DNA of 64,000 bases from Spirochaetia bacterium (GCA_963662265.2 CAXXHA010000029.1:64001-128000), one strand, 5' to 3'. Positions 1 to 9,740 are shown, numbered from the stretch's first letter. Notes: generated from the letters alone by a model not told the origin. Program-made: numbers and translations.

Positions 1-621
1 CGTCTCGGTTCCCTGTTACAGCCTGTGACATCCGGCGAATTCAATATTTACCATGATCCTGTTAAAAAAATATACAGGATTACAGATTACGAACCTTATG
101 ATGATTTTACAATGATAAAAGGTGATCTTGTAAAATACTATACTGCGCTTTTATGGTTTGAGATAATTATAAAAAGTCATGCAGGCGGTGAATCAGGTGA
201 AGATCTTTATTACCTGCTGAAAAATTCACTTGAACTGCTTGAGAAGAGCAGCACTGATGTTTCAGAAAAACTTATGATTCAGTTTCTTCTCAGGACTGTT
301 GTTTTTTTTGCCGGACCATTTCAATTGAATGAATGCAGTAATTGCGGTACAATACATCTGGACAGCGATAATGTGTATTTCAGTATCAGAGATCTTGTTT
401 TTGTCTGCAGAAACTGTTCCGCTGCTGATAACAAAGTTATTAATCCTGGAGTAAAAAGATATATCAAATATTCAGTAAACCAGAGTCTTGAAATATCAAT
501 TAAATCAGGAATTGATTCAGTACAGCAGAGAGAACTTAAAAGGTTCCTGTATCAGGTTGTGCAGGAATATATAGAGGATTCACTGGTTACACTCAATACA
601 GGGAAAGAATTTTTATTTTGA
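1..621 (+). CDS. recO: DNA repair protein RecO (5' end outside window)
   Basis: Frame is open from base 1 (RLGSLLQPVTSGEFNIY...). C-terminal CxxC...CxxC zinc finger (CSNC/CRNC); directly upstream of recJ. Confidence 0.85.
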   Translation, partial: RLGSLLQPVTSGEFNIYHDPVKKIYRITDYEPYDDFTMIKGDLVKYYTALLWFEIIIKSHAGGESGEDLYYLLKNSLELLEKSSTDVSEKLMIQFLLRTVVFFAGPFQLNECSNCGTIHLDSDNVYFSIRDLVFVCRNCSAADNKVINPGVKRYIKYSVNQSLEISIKSGIDSVQQRELKRFLYQVVQEYIEDSLVTLNTGKEFLF

Positions 622-735
622 TGCAATATTATTGAATAAATTGTATTCTTTATTCAGTGCATCTCTTTACAGTGGAATATTTAAAACTGAAATATTTGCA
701 GCAGTGCTGTTTAGTGAGTAAAACGGAATTATCAG

Positions 736-2856
736 ATGAAATATAATAAAAAAGAAATTGACAGCATTCAGGTCAGAGAAACTGCAGAACGTTACAAGAT
801 AAGTCTTCTGGCAGCTTCAGTTCTTGTAAGAAGAGGATGGGCTGAAAATCCCGAAGAAGTATCTTTCATTCTTGAAGATGATCTTAAATATACACATAAT
901 CCGTTTCTTTTCCATGAAATGGAAGATGTTGTCGACAGGATTCACGCGGCCAAAGATGAAGGCGAAAAAGTTATTGTGTTCGGAGACAGGGATGTTGACG
1001 GCATAACATCAACTGTTCTTATTGTAAATAAACTCAAGGAGATGGGAATTGATGTTTCCTGGTCTCTTCCGTCAGGTGATGATCCCTATGGTATAACTGA
1101 TGAAAAAGTTAAATTATTTGCTGAAAATGACGGGACACTTATGATTACAGTTGACTGCGGAATATCGAGTGTAAAAGAGATAAAATATGCAAGGCAGTTC
1201 GGCATAGATACGATTGTTATTGACCATCATATGGCTGGAGATGAAATTCCGGAAGCATTTGCAATTATAAATCCGAAGATGGAGGATTCCGGATATCCGT
1301 TCAGGGACCTCGCAGGCTGCGGTGTGGTATCCAAAGTAATATGGGCGCTTACTTTTTCAGAAACTGATTTTTACAAAAGGAATATTTCAATACTCAATAT
1401 AGTTCCCGGAGGAAGCAGTTCCTACCGGATAGAGGCCCAGAAGCTTTTTAATCTTGTGGAGTATTCCAAACCTGTAATGGAAACAATAGTTCAGGGGATA
1501 ATAGAAAACCCGTCAGGAACCAACCTGTCAGATTTTTTAAGCGACAGTCTTATTGTTGTCTTTAACGGTGCTAATCAGAAAAAACTATTTGCTGATGCAT
1601 TCGGCAATAATGTCGAACTCAATGCCTTTGATTTATCTGAACAGATTTACAGCATGTTTCCGCGGCTTAATGGAATGAGTCTTCTGCAGATGCGTGAACT
1701 GAGCAGAGACAGCCGTTATTCAGATAAACCGCTTGGTGAAATTGATATACTGAGAAATCTTTTTATCGCACTTGTCAATAAAAACAATCAGAAGCTTGCA
1801 AACGGATATAACAGCATTCTGGATCTTGTCACTATCGGATCAATTGCCGATATGATGCCTTTGAAAAATGAGAATAGAATAATAGTAAAACACGGCCTTA
1901 AGAATATACAGAAGACTGAGAATATTGGGCTTCATGACCTTTTGATGAAACAGAAGCTTCTTGAAAAGCCGCTTGCAACATCTGATATTGCATGGAATAT
2001 CACTCCTGTCATCAATGCAACAGGCAGGATGGGTGTTCCTGAAAAAGCAGCACAGCTGTTATTCTGCAACGACAGGAGTATTATCAGGGATCTGACAGAA
2101 GAGGTCCTTTCATTGAATAAGGAACGTAAAAAACTGGGAGAAAAAAACTGGGATGCCTTGAAAGGGGGAGCTGACAGAAGTTTTCAGGATTTTGAATCAT
2201 CACTTGTCCTGACAGGCGGAAAAAATGTACCCAGGGGAATAACAGGTATTCTTTCTGCCAGGTTTGCTTCTTATTTCAATGTCCCTGCTGTTATATATAC
2301 AATTCTCGAGGACAGGATAGTCGGATCTGTGAGAAGCCTGAGGAATTATCCCATAATGAATATGCTTACATTTTGTTCAGAGCTTTTTACCGATTTCGGC
2401 GGACATGACTTTGCGGGGGGATTTTCAATGCCTGCAGGTAATCTTCCGGAATTAAGGAAAAAGCTGTCTGAATACCTTAAAAACAACAAGGTTGCAAAGA
2501 CTGAAGAGAAAATACTTGATGTTGATGCTGAATTGCCTGAAGGGTTTATGAATAATGAGGTTTTTAAGACTGCAGATATGTTAGCTCCATACGGAGAGGG
2601 TAATCCTCCTCTAGTCTTTCTTGCCAGGAAAGTGAAAATAAACAGCATTACTGAAGTTGGAAATAAAAAAATCGGACATCTGAAGATGACTCTTGATGCC
2701 GGAGGAAATACATGGCCTGCTATGTTCTGGAATGCTTCCGGCAGAATATCGGAATTCCCTCCCGGTTCAGAGGTTGATGTAATATTCAGGATAGGAAACA
2801 ACTATTTTCAGAATACTTTCATGCATCAGCTTATAGTGCTTGATATGAGCAGATAA
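736..2856 (+). CDS. recJ: ssDNA-specific exonuclease RecJ with internal ~140-aa insertion
   Basis: Motifs GDRDVDG, ITVDCG, IDHH, DLAGCGV, GSVRS, FGGHDFAGG, APYGEGNP. Confidence 0.96.
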   Translation: MKYNKKEIDSIQVRETAERYKISLLAASVLVRRGWAENPEEVSFILEDDLKYTHNPFLFHEMEDVVDRIHAAKDEGEKVIVFGDRDVDGITSTVLIVNKLKEMGIDVSWSLPSGDDPYGITDEKVKLFAENDGTLMITVDCGISSVKEIKYARQFGIDTIVIDHHMAGDEIPEAFAIINPKMEDSGYPFRDLAGCGVVSKVIWALTFSETDFYKRNISILNIVPGGSSSYRIEAQKLFNLVEYSKPVMETIVQGIIENPSGTNLSDFLSDSLIVVFNGANQKKLFADAFGNNVELNAFDLSEQIYSMFPRLNGMSLLQMRELSRDSRYSDKPLGEIDILRNLFIALVNKNNQKLANGYNSILDLVTIGSIADMMPLKNENRIIVKHGLKNIQKTENIGLHDLLMKQKLLEKPLATSDIAWNITPVINATGRMGVPEKAAQLLFCNDRSIIRDLTEEVLSLNKERKKLGEKNWDALKGGADRSFQDFESSLVLTGGKNVPRGITGILSARFASYFNVPAVIYTILEDRIVGSVRSLRNYPIMNMLTFCSELFTDFGGHDFAGGFSMPAGNLPELRKKLSEYLKNNKVAKTEEKILDVDAELPEGFMNNEVFKTADMLAPYGEGNPPLVFLARKVKINSITEVGNKKIGHLKMTLDAGGNTWPAMFWNASGRISEFPPGSEVDVIFRIGNNYFQNTFMHQLIVLDMSR

Positions 2857-2897
2857 AAAGCTGCAGTTTTTATTGTCTAAAGCAAAAGTCACCTGGT

Positions 2898-2981
2898 AAA
2901 TCACTTAGTGATCGCTTGTTAATCGCTTTCGAGCATTTTCTCTTTGAGATGTCGTTGTTGTGAAACAAGTTTTACAACATT
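2898..2981 (-). repeat. Structured dispersed repeat, copy A (related to 15583-15688)
   Basis: On the minus strand it shares AAAACTTGTTT, GAC-N15-TGCTCGAAAGCG-N4-ACAAG and the three-hairpin layout with the 15.6-kb element. Confidence 0.7.
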
Positions 2982-3099
2982 ATGGGGGCGCGGCTTTCAA
3001 ACAACCTGCTTTGCTGGTGGTTGTTGATTTCAGTAAAAACTGTAATAATTATCTGCAGCTTAAAAAGAATAAACATAATTCCGGTATATAAAGAGAAGT

Positions 3100-4074
3100 A
3101 TGAAAAAAAAATTATTAACACTGATATTATTTATAACAGCAGCAGTATATCTGTCTGCAGAAGTATTTGTTGATTTTGACAGTTCTGTCAATCAGGGAGA
3201 TATAGTAGCTGTTTACTTATATTCTGATAATAATATAGATAATATAACTTTGACCCTAAGACGCAATAATAAAAATTTCGGAAAGTTCCGAGGATTCCAG
3301 CTTGAAAGCAATGGTTTAAACATGCCAGGCGATAAGTCGTGTTATGTTGTTATAGTTTCCGTGGCTTCGGATGCTCTTCCGTCTGAATATGATATTGATA
3401 TCAGATGTCAGACTGAAGGGTATCCTGTAAGGAAAACAGGAAAAATAACTGTAGAAAAAAAGAAATTCAGAAGAGAGGAAATCCCCTTATCAAGAAGCAT
3501 GACGACTCTCAGGAAAGATGAGAGTGAAAGGAGAAAGAAGGAGACCCGGGATATAATAAAGCTTTACAGGAATTTCAACAAAAAAGATCAGTTCCTGGAA
3601 ACTGATTTTAAATATCCTTTGAAAGGGGAGTATCCTGTAACATCATGGTTCGGCGACAGGCGAATATTTGTTTATGATGACGGGGATAGGTCAAATTCCC
3701 TTCATAACGGGATAGATTATGCAGCTGTCAGGGGAACACCTGTTTATGCCTCCGGAAGCGGAAAAGTGGTATTTTCCGGAAACCGTCTCATTACCGGAAA
3801 CAGCATCATAATTGAACACTATCCCGGTTTTTATTCAGTATACTATCATCTTGATAAGGCTGAAGCTGTACAGGGATCTATGGTTTCAGGCGGAGACAAG
3901 ATAGGAGAAGTAGGGGCTACAGGTATTTCTACAGGCAACCATCTTCACTGGGAAGTCAGGAATCAGGGTATTGCGGTTGATCCGGAACAGTTTGTAGGCT
4001 CTCCAGTTATTGACAAAGATCGAATAATAAGTAATATTAATTCAAGTTTTTCGGATATAGACCGGGGGAGGTGA
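3100..4074 (+). CDS. M23 family metallopeptidase, exported
   Basis: Signal peptide; HNGID and HLHWE zinc motifs. Confidence 0.92.
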   Translation: MKKKLLTLILFITAAVYLSAEVFVDFDSSVNQGDIVAVYLYSDNNIDNITLTLRRNNKNFGKFRGFQLESNGLNMPGDKSCYVVIVSVASDALPSEYDIDIRCQTEGYPVRKTGKITVEKKKFRREEIPLSRSMTTLRKDESERRKKETRDIIKLYRNFNKKDQFLETDFKYPLKGEYPVTSWFGDRRIFVYDDGDRSNSLHNGIDYAAVRGTPVYASGSGKVVFSGNRLITGNSIIIEHYPGFYSVYYHLDKAEAVQGSMVSGGDKIGEVGATGISTGNHLHWEVRNQGIAVDPEQFVGSPVIDKDRIISNINSSFSDIDRGR

Positions 4075-4080
4075 TTCAGT

Positions 4081-4290
4081 ATCGCTTTTGTTAAAATTGA
4101 TGAGACAGAACCGCTTGAAAAAGCACTTAAAAGATTCAAAAGAATGGTAGAAAAAGAGGGTATTATCAGGGAATGGAAAAAAAGAGAATTCTTTGAAAAA
4201 CCATCTACTATCAACAACAGAAAGAAGAAAGCGATCATTCGAAAGCAGCAGAAAAAACTTAGAAAGCTGCAGGCAATGAAAAACTACTAG
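4081..4290 (+). CDS. rpsU: 30S ribosomal protein bS21, 69 aa, ATC start (absent from ORF track)
   Basis: Translates (M)[41 protein letters not shown]...MKNY*. SD GGAGGTGAT at 4067-4075; terminator follows. Confidence 0.96.
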   Translation: MAFVKIDETEPLEKALKRFKRMVEKEGIIREWKKREFFEKPSTINNRKKKAIIRKQQKKLRKLQAMKNY

Positions 4291-4300
4291 AAATCTTCAG

Positions 4301-4330
4301 GGGAGTATATAAATAATACTCCCTTTTTTT
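4301..4330 (+). terminator. Intrinsic terminator of rpsU
   Basis: GGGAGTAT-N7-ATACTCCC followed by T7. Confidence 0.85.
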
Positions 4331-4493
4331 ATGCCGATAAGTGTGTAAATGTAATAAATGCTGTTGTATTATAAAAAAATGATTTCAGAATCAGTGTCTG
4401 AGTGATGCTGACAAAATAAATATACCGGGCAGCTTTCTGTTAAACAGTAAAGTGACTCCGGGCTGATATTATATTTAAAAAGCAGGAGTTATA

Positions 4494-5195
4494 ATGACTT
4501 CCGATGATGTAAAAAAAGAATTACTTGAAATGCAGAATACTGAAAAAGCTGTTCATTTATCCCGTTTTTTTAAAACCGGAAAAGGTGAATACGGGGAAGG
4601 TGACTGCTTCTGGGGAATCAAAGTACCTGACCAGAGAAAAACAGCAAAGAAATTCAGAAATATCGATCTTTCAGAACTTGATTACCTTATCAGGGATCCT
4701 GTTCACGAATGCAGACTCACTTCTTTATTAATTCTTGTTGAAAAATATGAAAAAACAGTTTCAGACAGGAAGAAAATTGTCGATTTTTATCTTGATAATA
4801 TTAAATACATAAACAACTGGGATCTTGTTGATCTTTCAGCACCTAAAATACTCGGCGCCTGGCTGTATGACAGGGAAAGGGAACTTCTTTACAGTCTTGC
4901 CGGATCCAGAGATTTGTGGAAGCAGCGTATTTCGATTCTTTCAACAATGTACTTTATTAAAAAAGGTGATTTTTTTGAAACATTTTCAATATCTGAATTG
5001 TTATTAAAACATGAGCATGATCTTATACATAAGGCTGTAGGATGGATGCTGAGAGAAATTGGAAAGAAAAACCTTGAAGAAGAGGAGAAATTCCTGAAAA
5101 AACATTACAGAGAAATGCCCCGAACAATGTTAAGATATTCAATAGAACGTTTTGAAGAGGAAAAAAGGCAAAAATATTTGAAAGGTCTTGTATAA
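4494..5195 (+). CDS. DNA alkylation repair protein (AlkD-like)
   Basis: FFKTGKGEYGEGD, INNWDLVD, HDLIHKAVGWMLRE, MPRTMLRY. Confidence 0.92.
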   Translation: MTSDDVKKELLEMQNTEKAVHLSRFFKTGKGEYGEGDCFWGIKVPDQRKTAKKFRNIDLSELDYLIRDPVHECRLTSLLILVEKYEKTVSDRKKIVDFYLDNIKYINNWDLVDLSAPKILGAWLYDRERELLYSLAGSRDLWKQRISILSTMYFIKKGDFFETFSISELLLKHEHDLIHKAVGWMLREIGKKNLEEEEKFLKKHYREMPRTMLRYSIERFEEEKRQKYLKGLV

Positions 5196-5269
5196 TTCAT
5201 CATAATATAGCTTATAATTTAAAAACATATTTTAAAAATAAAACAATGTTAAAGTAAAGGAGAAAAGAA

Positions 5270-5864
5270 ATGACTAAGAAAATTTTAGTACTGTTAACTA
5301 TTGCTTTGATAGTATTTGCTGCAGGATGCGGTTCATCACCGGCTCCGGCACCCGAACCAGCACCGGAACCAGCTCCACAGCCTCAGTCAATGGCTGATGT
5401 TCCCCAGTTTTTCCTGATGCCTCCAACTGCAGAAGATGCTCTCTACGGAGTAGGTGTTGCAAAAATGTCTTCACTTGATATGTCAAGAACAATGTCAATC
5501 TCAAGAGCAAGAGATGATATTGCCAGACAGGTTAATCTTCAGGTAAAAAATGCTATTACTGACTATGCGCAGGAAGCTGGAGCAGATGCTTCCCAGGCAC
5601 TTAAGTTTGTAGAAACTGTTTCAAGACAGATTGCAGATGCTAAACTTCAGGGCGCAAAACCGAAGGAAATGTATGCTGCAAAAGATGGAACTATCTATGC
5701 ACTGGTTGAGTACAGAATAAGCAATTTAAAGGAAGATGCTGCCGATGTATTCAAGAGAAACGAAGAAGCAGCTTTCTCAGAATTTTAAAGCATCCCAGGC
5801 TCTTGATAAACTCAATTTTGAACTCAGCAATAATCCAACAAAATCAAATCCTGTTACTGAGTAA
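5270..5864 (+). CDS. LPP20-family lipoprotein; apparent extra T at ~5783-5786 gives early stop at 5788
   Basis: Lipobox FAAG-C, Pro-rich linker, LYGVGVA...ARDDIARQV. Removing one T continues EFKASQALDKLNFELSNNPTKSNPVTE* to 5864, just before a terminator. Confidence 0.8.
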
Positions 5865-5869
5865 CAAGT

Positions 5870-5899
5870 AAATCCCGCTTTAAAAAGCGGGATTTTTTT
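5870..5899 (+). terminator. Intrinsic terminator
   Basis: AAATCCCGCTTT/AAAGCGGGATTT stem followed by T run. Confidence 0.85.
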
Positions 5900-5956
5900 A
5901 TTCAATTTAAATCCTTTTTCATGTAGATAGTTTTTAAAAAATCAGCGGAGAATAAA

Positions 5957-6763
5957 TTGTCAGGAAAAAATATATTTTACTGCCCGGTATTAGCAATAAT
6001 TCTTTTAACAGCATCATGTGCAGCAACAGGAGATTCATCATTGAAGGGAAATATCAGTACTTCAGATACAGTCGAAAAAGAGAAAACTGATAAAACTTTG
6101 ATAAGTAAAATTCCCTGAAGCTGTGTGGAATATGAATTATGATGACGGTTACATGTATTTTACCGGGATATCCCCGTATTACCTTGATGAAACAAAATCT
6201 GATGAAATATTATTAAAAGATGCTTCCCAGTCTGCTGCTGTTTTTAACAGCGTTTTCGGAGTTTCAGGGAGGATTTCAACCAGGACCCAATGTCGGGACA
6301 AGAACTGGTAATTCTTTTAATTATATTTACAACAGTTCAGATTATGATTATTACAGGGATAATTTTGAAATAGAATCAACATATAAAGACAGAGACAGTG
6401 TCTACAGAATATTTAAAATAAAAAAAAGCATGAGTATGCCGGAAGTTGAATTATCTGCAGAAGGCAAAACCCCATCCTGGATTAAAAAAAAACCCTGAGA
6501 TTGACGGTTATCTGTTCAGCATCGGAGTATCGGGAAGGTTCAGCAGAATTTCAGATTCTGTGCGAAAAGCTGATGATGCGGCACTTGAAGAAATGATAAA
6601 ACAGAAAAATATTACAGTTTTTACTGATTCAGGATATAATTACAGTAATATCAGCGGATATGAGTATTCCAGTTCCGAACTTAAAGGTTTTTATATAATA
6701 AGGCGATGGTGGAGCCCTGATTTGAATAATTTTTATTCACTGGGAATTATAAAGGATAAATAA
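5957..6763 (+). pseudogene. Lipoprotein with LPP20-like repeats, split by three +1 homopolymer frameshifts (probably intact in vivo)
   Basis: SD GGAG, TTG start, lipobox LTAS-C. Removing one base at ~6114 (CCC), ~6287 (CCC) and ~6490 (A9/CCC) joins ORFs 6123-6311, 6220-6498 and 6446-6763 (P.W...P..DGY..SIG motif). Confidence 0.7.
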
Positions 6764-6897
6764 TTAAAGATTTCCTTTTATATATTTTTTTATCATCATA
6801 TAATCAAAGTATCTGTTAACTAAAGAAAAAATAAATAAAATATCTGATTTCATATTCAGATATCTGTAAAACAATAAAATATGAACAGGAGAAAAAA

Positions 6898-8285
6898 ATG
6901 TTGTTTTTTAAAAAATACTGACCCCTCTGATTATAACAGTTCTGGTAATGTTTCTTTTCGGATGCGGAACAACATCAACCGTATCCGCACCTGAAGAAGA
7001 AGGCAAGCCGGAATGGATTGATAATTACCCGGTGGACAGCGCATACTATATTGGAGTGGGGTCTTCGAACACTGGAAATAAATCTGCAGATATGGAAACT
7101 GCAAAAGCAAAAGCTCTTACAGATCTTGCCGCGGCAATTTCAGTACAGATTTCCAGTGAACAGGAATTTGTTGTAAAGGAAGATTCTAAAGGAAATGCAT
7201 ACCAGTCTGCTGAAGTTCAGATAAACCAGGCTGTCAGCAACAATTTCAAGGATGTCGAAGTTGCAGATTCCTATTATTCCGAGAAATCAGGTTACTGGTT
7301 TTTCTACAAACTTTCAAAGGCTAAATGGGCTGCAATACAGGCTATGGAAAAAATGGCAATTGATGACAGGGTAAAGAGTCTTATAAACCCTGTTTATGAT
7401 AATTCCGATTCAACAGCAGTGGATAAAATATCATCACTTTCTAAAAGCTGGAATGTAGTTGTTGAATCACCATATGAAGGTACTATTGACAGTTCATTCA
7501 AAGGTGAATCAGGACTTCTCATAGATCTCATTGAGATGAATATGGGGAGGGTGACAAAAGACCTTGAAATAAATATTTTACCGTCTGAAATAACAACTGA
7601 GCCCGGAAAATATGAAAATATAAAAGTAAGTGTAGTAAACAGGAACGGGGAAAAACCTGGACAGATTAAAATAGGGTTCTACACAAAAAAAGATAATATC
7701 AAATGCGCCGAGATAATAACTGATCAGAACGGGAAGTATAGCGGGAAAATCAAATTCTCATCCCTGCCTACAGGTAAAAGCGATGTCACTGCTGCAATAG
7801 CACTCGATGAATTCGGGCTCTCCCCCGGTATGATGAAAAGCAGCATTATTGCGCCTGAGAAACAGCTTAAAATACAGATGAACCACATAAGTGTACTTCT
7901 TAAACTTCAGGTAAACGGGGACTTTAAAATAGAAAGCCTCAAGGATTCTGTTAAAACTCTTTTTTCAAGGGATGAATTTGCTGTAAAACTGTCTGACGGC
8001 GGCAACAATGAAAGATTTTCTATTGTATTTTCAATGTATTTCAGGAATCTCCCTGAAAACAGCTATGGTGTGTTTTTAACCAAAGCTAAAGCTTCAATAT
8101 CTTTATTAAAAGAGGGAAGCAATATATATTCTTATGAGAGCAAAGAATATAAAGAGGGGGGACTGGACTGGGATCAGGCACAGGAAAGGGCTGTTATAAA
8201 ACTATTCAGGGATATAAATGCAGACAATGAATTTATAACTCAGATAAAGGATGCAATATACAAGGCAGCAGAGGAGTCTGAATAA
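6898..8285 (+). CDS. LPP20-domain lipoprotein; frameshift in the T6A6 tract of the signal peptide
   Basis: SD AGGAG before ATG 6898. Signal peptide continues in the frame of ORF 6948-8285 (ILTPLIITVLVMFLFG-C); KPEWI..YYIGVG LPP20 motif. Confidence 0.78.
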
Positions 8286-8304
8286 AAGAACAGTTAATAT
8301 TTAC

Positions 8305-9102
8305 ATGAATCAGGACCAGGTTAAAAATAAACTCAAAAAGCTCGCTGAAGTCCCGGACTTCAGCGTAATTTTTTCAGGGAAAAAAAGTACAAAAGTTGAC
8401 GGGCTCTATAAGCCTGAATCAAGGGAAATAGTAATTCATAATCACAATATGACAGGCGACCATGATCTGATGTATACAGCTATACATGAATTCGCACATC
8501 ATGTTCACTGCTGCACATCGGGAATACCTGTGTCGGGGAGATGCCATACATCACAGTTCTGGGCAGTTTTTCATGACCTTTTAAAAAAAGCAGAAAAGAA
8601 GAAGATATATTCTAATCCATTTAAAACAGATGATGATTTTGTAAAACTTACAGCGGAAATCAGGGAAAACTATATAAAGAAAAACGGGGAGCTGATGAAA
8701 AAACTAGGTTCCCTCCTTTTCCGGGCAAGAGAACTCTGTGTGAAAAAACACATGAGTTTTGATGACTACGCAGACAGGGAGCTGAACCTTCACCGAAGTG
8801 TGGCAAAAACTGTTATAAAACTCAATTCATATGATATCAGTCCTGAAATTGGATATGAAAACATGAAAACTGTTGCATCGGTTGCAAATCATGACAGGAG
8901 AACTGAAGTTGAAAAAGAATTTCTCAAGCATGAAAGCCCGGATCTTGTAAAAGTATTTGCAAAAAATGATATCAAACAGGAAGAGGACATAGATCCTGTT
9001 ACAATGCTGGAAGCTGAAAAGCATAAAATTGAGAAGACAATTTCAACACTTCAGAAGAAACTTGCTGATGTTGAAAAGAGAATATCAGAAATAAGCAGTT
9101 AA
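8305..9102 (+). CDS. SprT-like zinc metalloprotease domain protein with C-terminal coiled coil
   Basis: HEFAHH plus downstream HxxxF (HTSQFW); ATG 8305 avoids overlap with the upstream gene. Confidence 0.7.
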   Translation: MNQDQVKNKLKKLAEVPDFSVIFSGKKSTKVDGLYKPESREIVIHNHNMTGDHDLMYTAIHEFAHHVHCCTSGIPVSGRCHTSQFWAVFHDLLKKAEKKKIYSNPFKTDDDFVKLTAEIRENYIKKNGELMKKLGSLLFRARELCVKKHMSFDDYADRELNLHRSVAKTVIKLNSYDISPEIGYENMKTVASVANHDRRTEVEKEFLKHESPDLVKVFAKNDIKQEEDIDPVTMLEAEKHKIEKTISTLQKKLADVEKRISEISS

Positions 9103-9200
9103 TTATTTTCCGGGGATCTGGAATAATTTAACAGTGAATACATATGATATTGATCTGATTTTAATATGAAATATGTTGTATTTTGGAATTCCAAATTCTG

Positions 9201-9229
9201 TTGACATAAATATGGCAATCTGATAGATT
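9201..9229 (+). promoter_or_regulatory. sigma70 promoter of tRNA-Val copy 1
   Basis: TTGACA-17-TAGATT with TG extension. Confidence 0.8.
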
Positions 9230-9240
9230 ACTATCCGTAA

Positions 9241-9313
<73 letters not shown>

Positions 9314-9353
9314 AAGCCTAAATTCTTAAATAATAAGGATTTAGGCTTTTTTT
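9314..9353 (+). terminator. Terminator of tRNA-Val copy 1
   Basis: AAGCCTAAATTCTTA/TAAGGATTTAGGCTT followed by T run. Confidence 0.85.
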
Positions 9354-9627
9354 GTCATTGCATATTAAATATTTCGGGTTGAAATTAAATTACCCTTGAA
9401 AAATTATTATTATTCTGTAATTTTTTATCAGATCCCTTTTTCCAGACGTGTCGCAGGGATTTTTTTAGTATTGTATTTAACAATATTATTTCGTCTGTTG
9501 AATAATTAAGAATTGTTTACGATTAATGACTTGAAATATTTATTATGCTGCATTTAAAATAACGTTGTAATAACAAAGAATAATGCCGTGTTTGATAAAA
9601 CATTTTAATTTAATTTTTACAACTTAG

Positions 9628-9656
9628 TTGACATTAAAATAGCAATCTGATAAATT
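9628..9656 (+). promoter_or_regulatory. sigma70 promoter of tRNA-Val copy 2
   Basis: TTGACA-17-TAAATT with TG extension. Confidence 0.8.
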
Positions 9657-9667
9657 ACTAACCGTAA

Positions 9668-9740
<73 letters not shown>

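Noticed and set aside
2982-3173. Short ORFs 2982-3173, 12583-12804, 21369-21554, 24296-24484 and 40304-40510
   Set aside because: They overlap repeats, promoters or real gene ends, with no SD or coding signature
4060-4090. TGA read-through giving an M23-bS21 fusion (the two ORFs are in frame)
   Set aside because: An exported peptidase fused to a ribosomal protein is implausible, and the well-spaced SD explains independent initiation at 4081
4314-4340. sigma28 promoter TAAT-15-GCCGATAA upstream of the AlkD-like gene
   Set aside because: The -35 is imperfect and lies in the rpsU terminator; the downstream gene is not motility related
5338-5388. Tandem DNA repeat
   Set aside because: Simply encodes the PAPEPAPEPAPQPQ lipoprotein linker with synonymous variation
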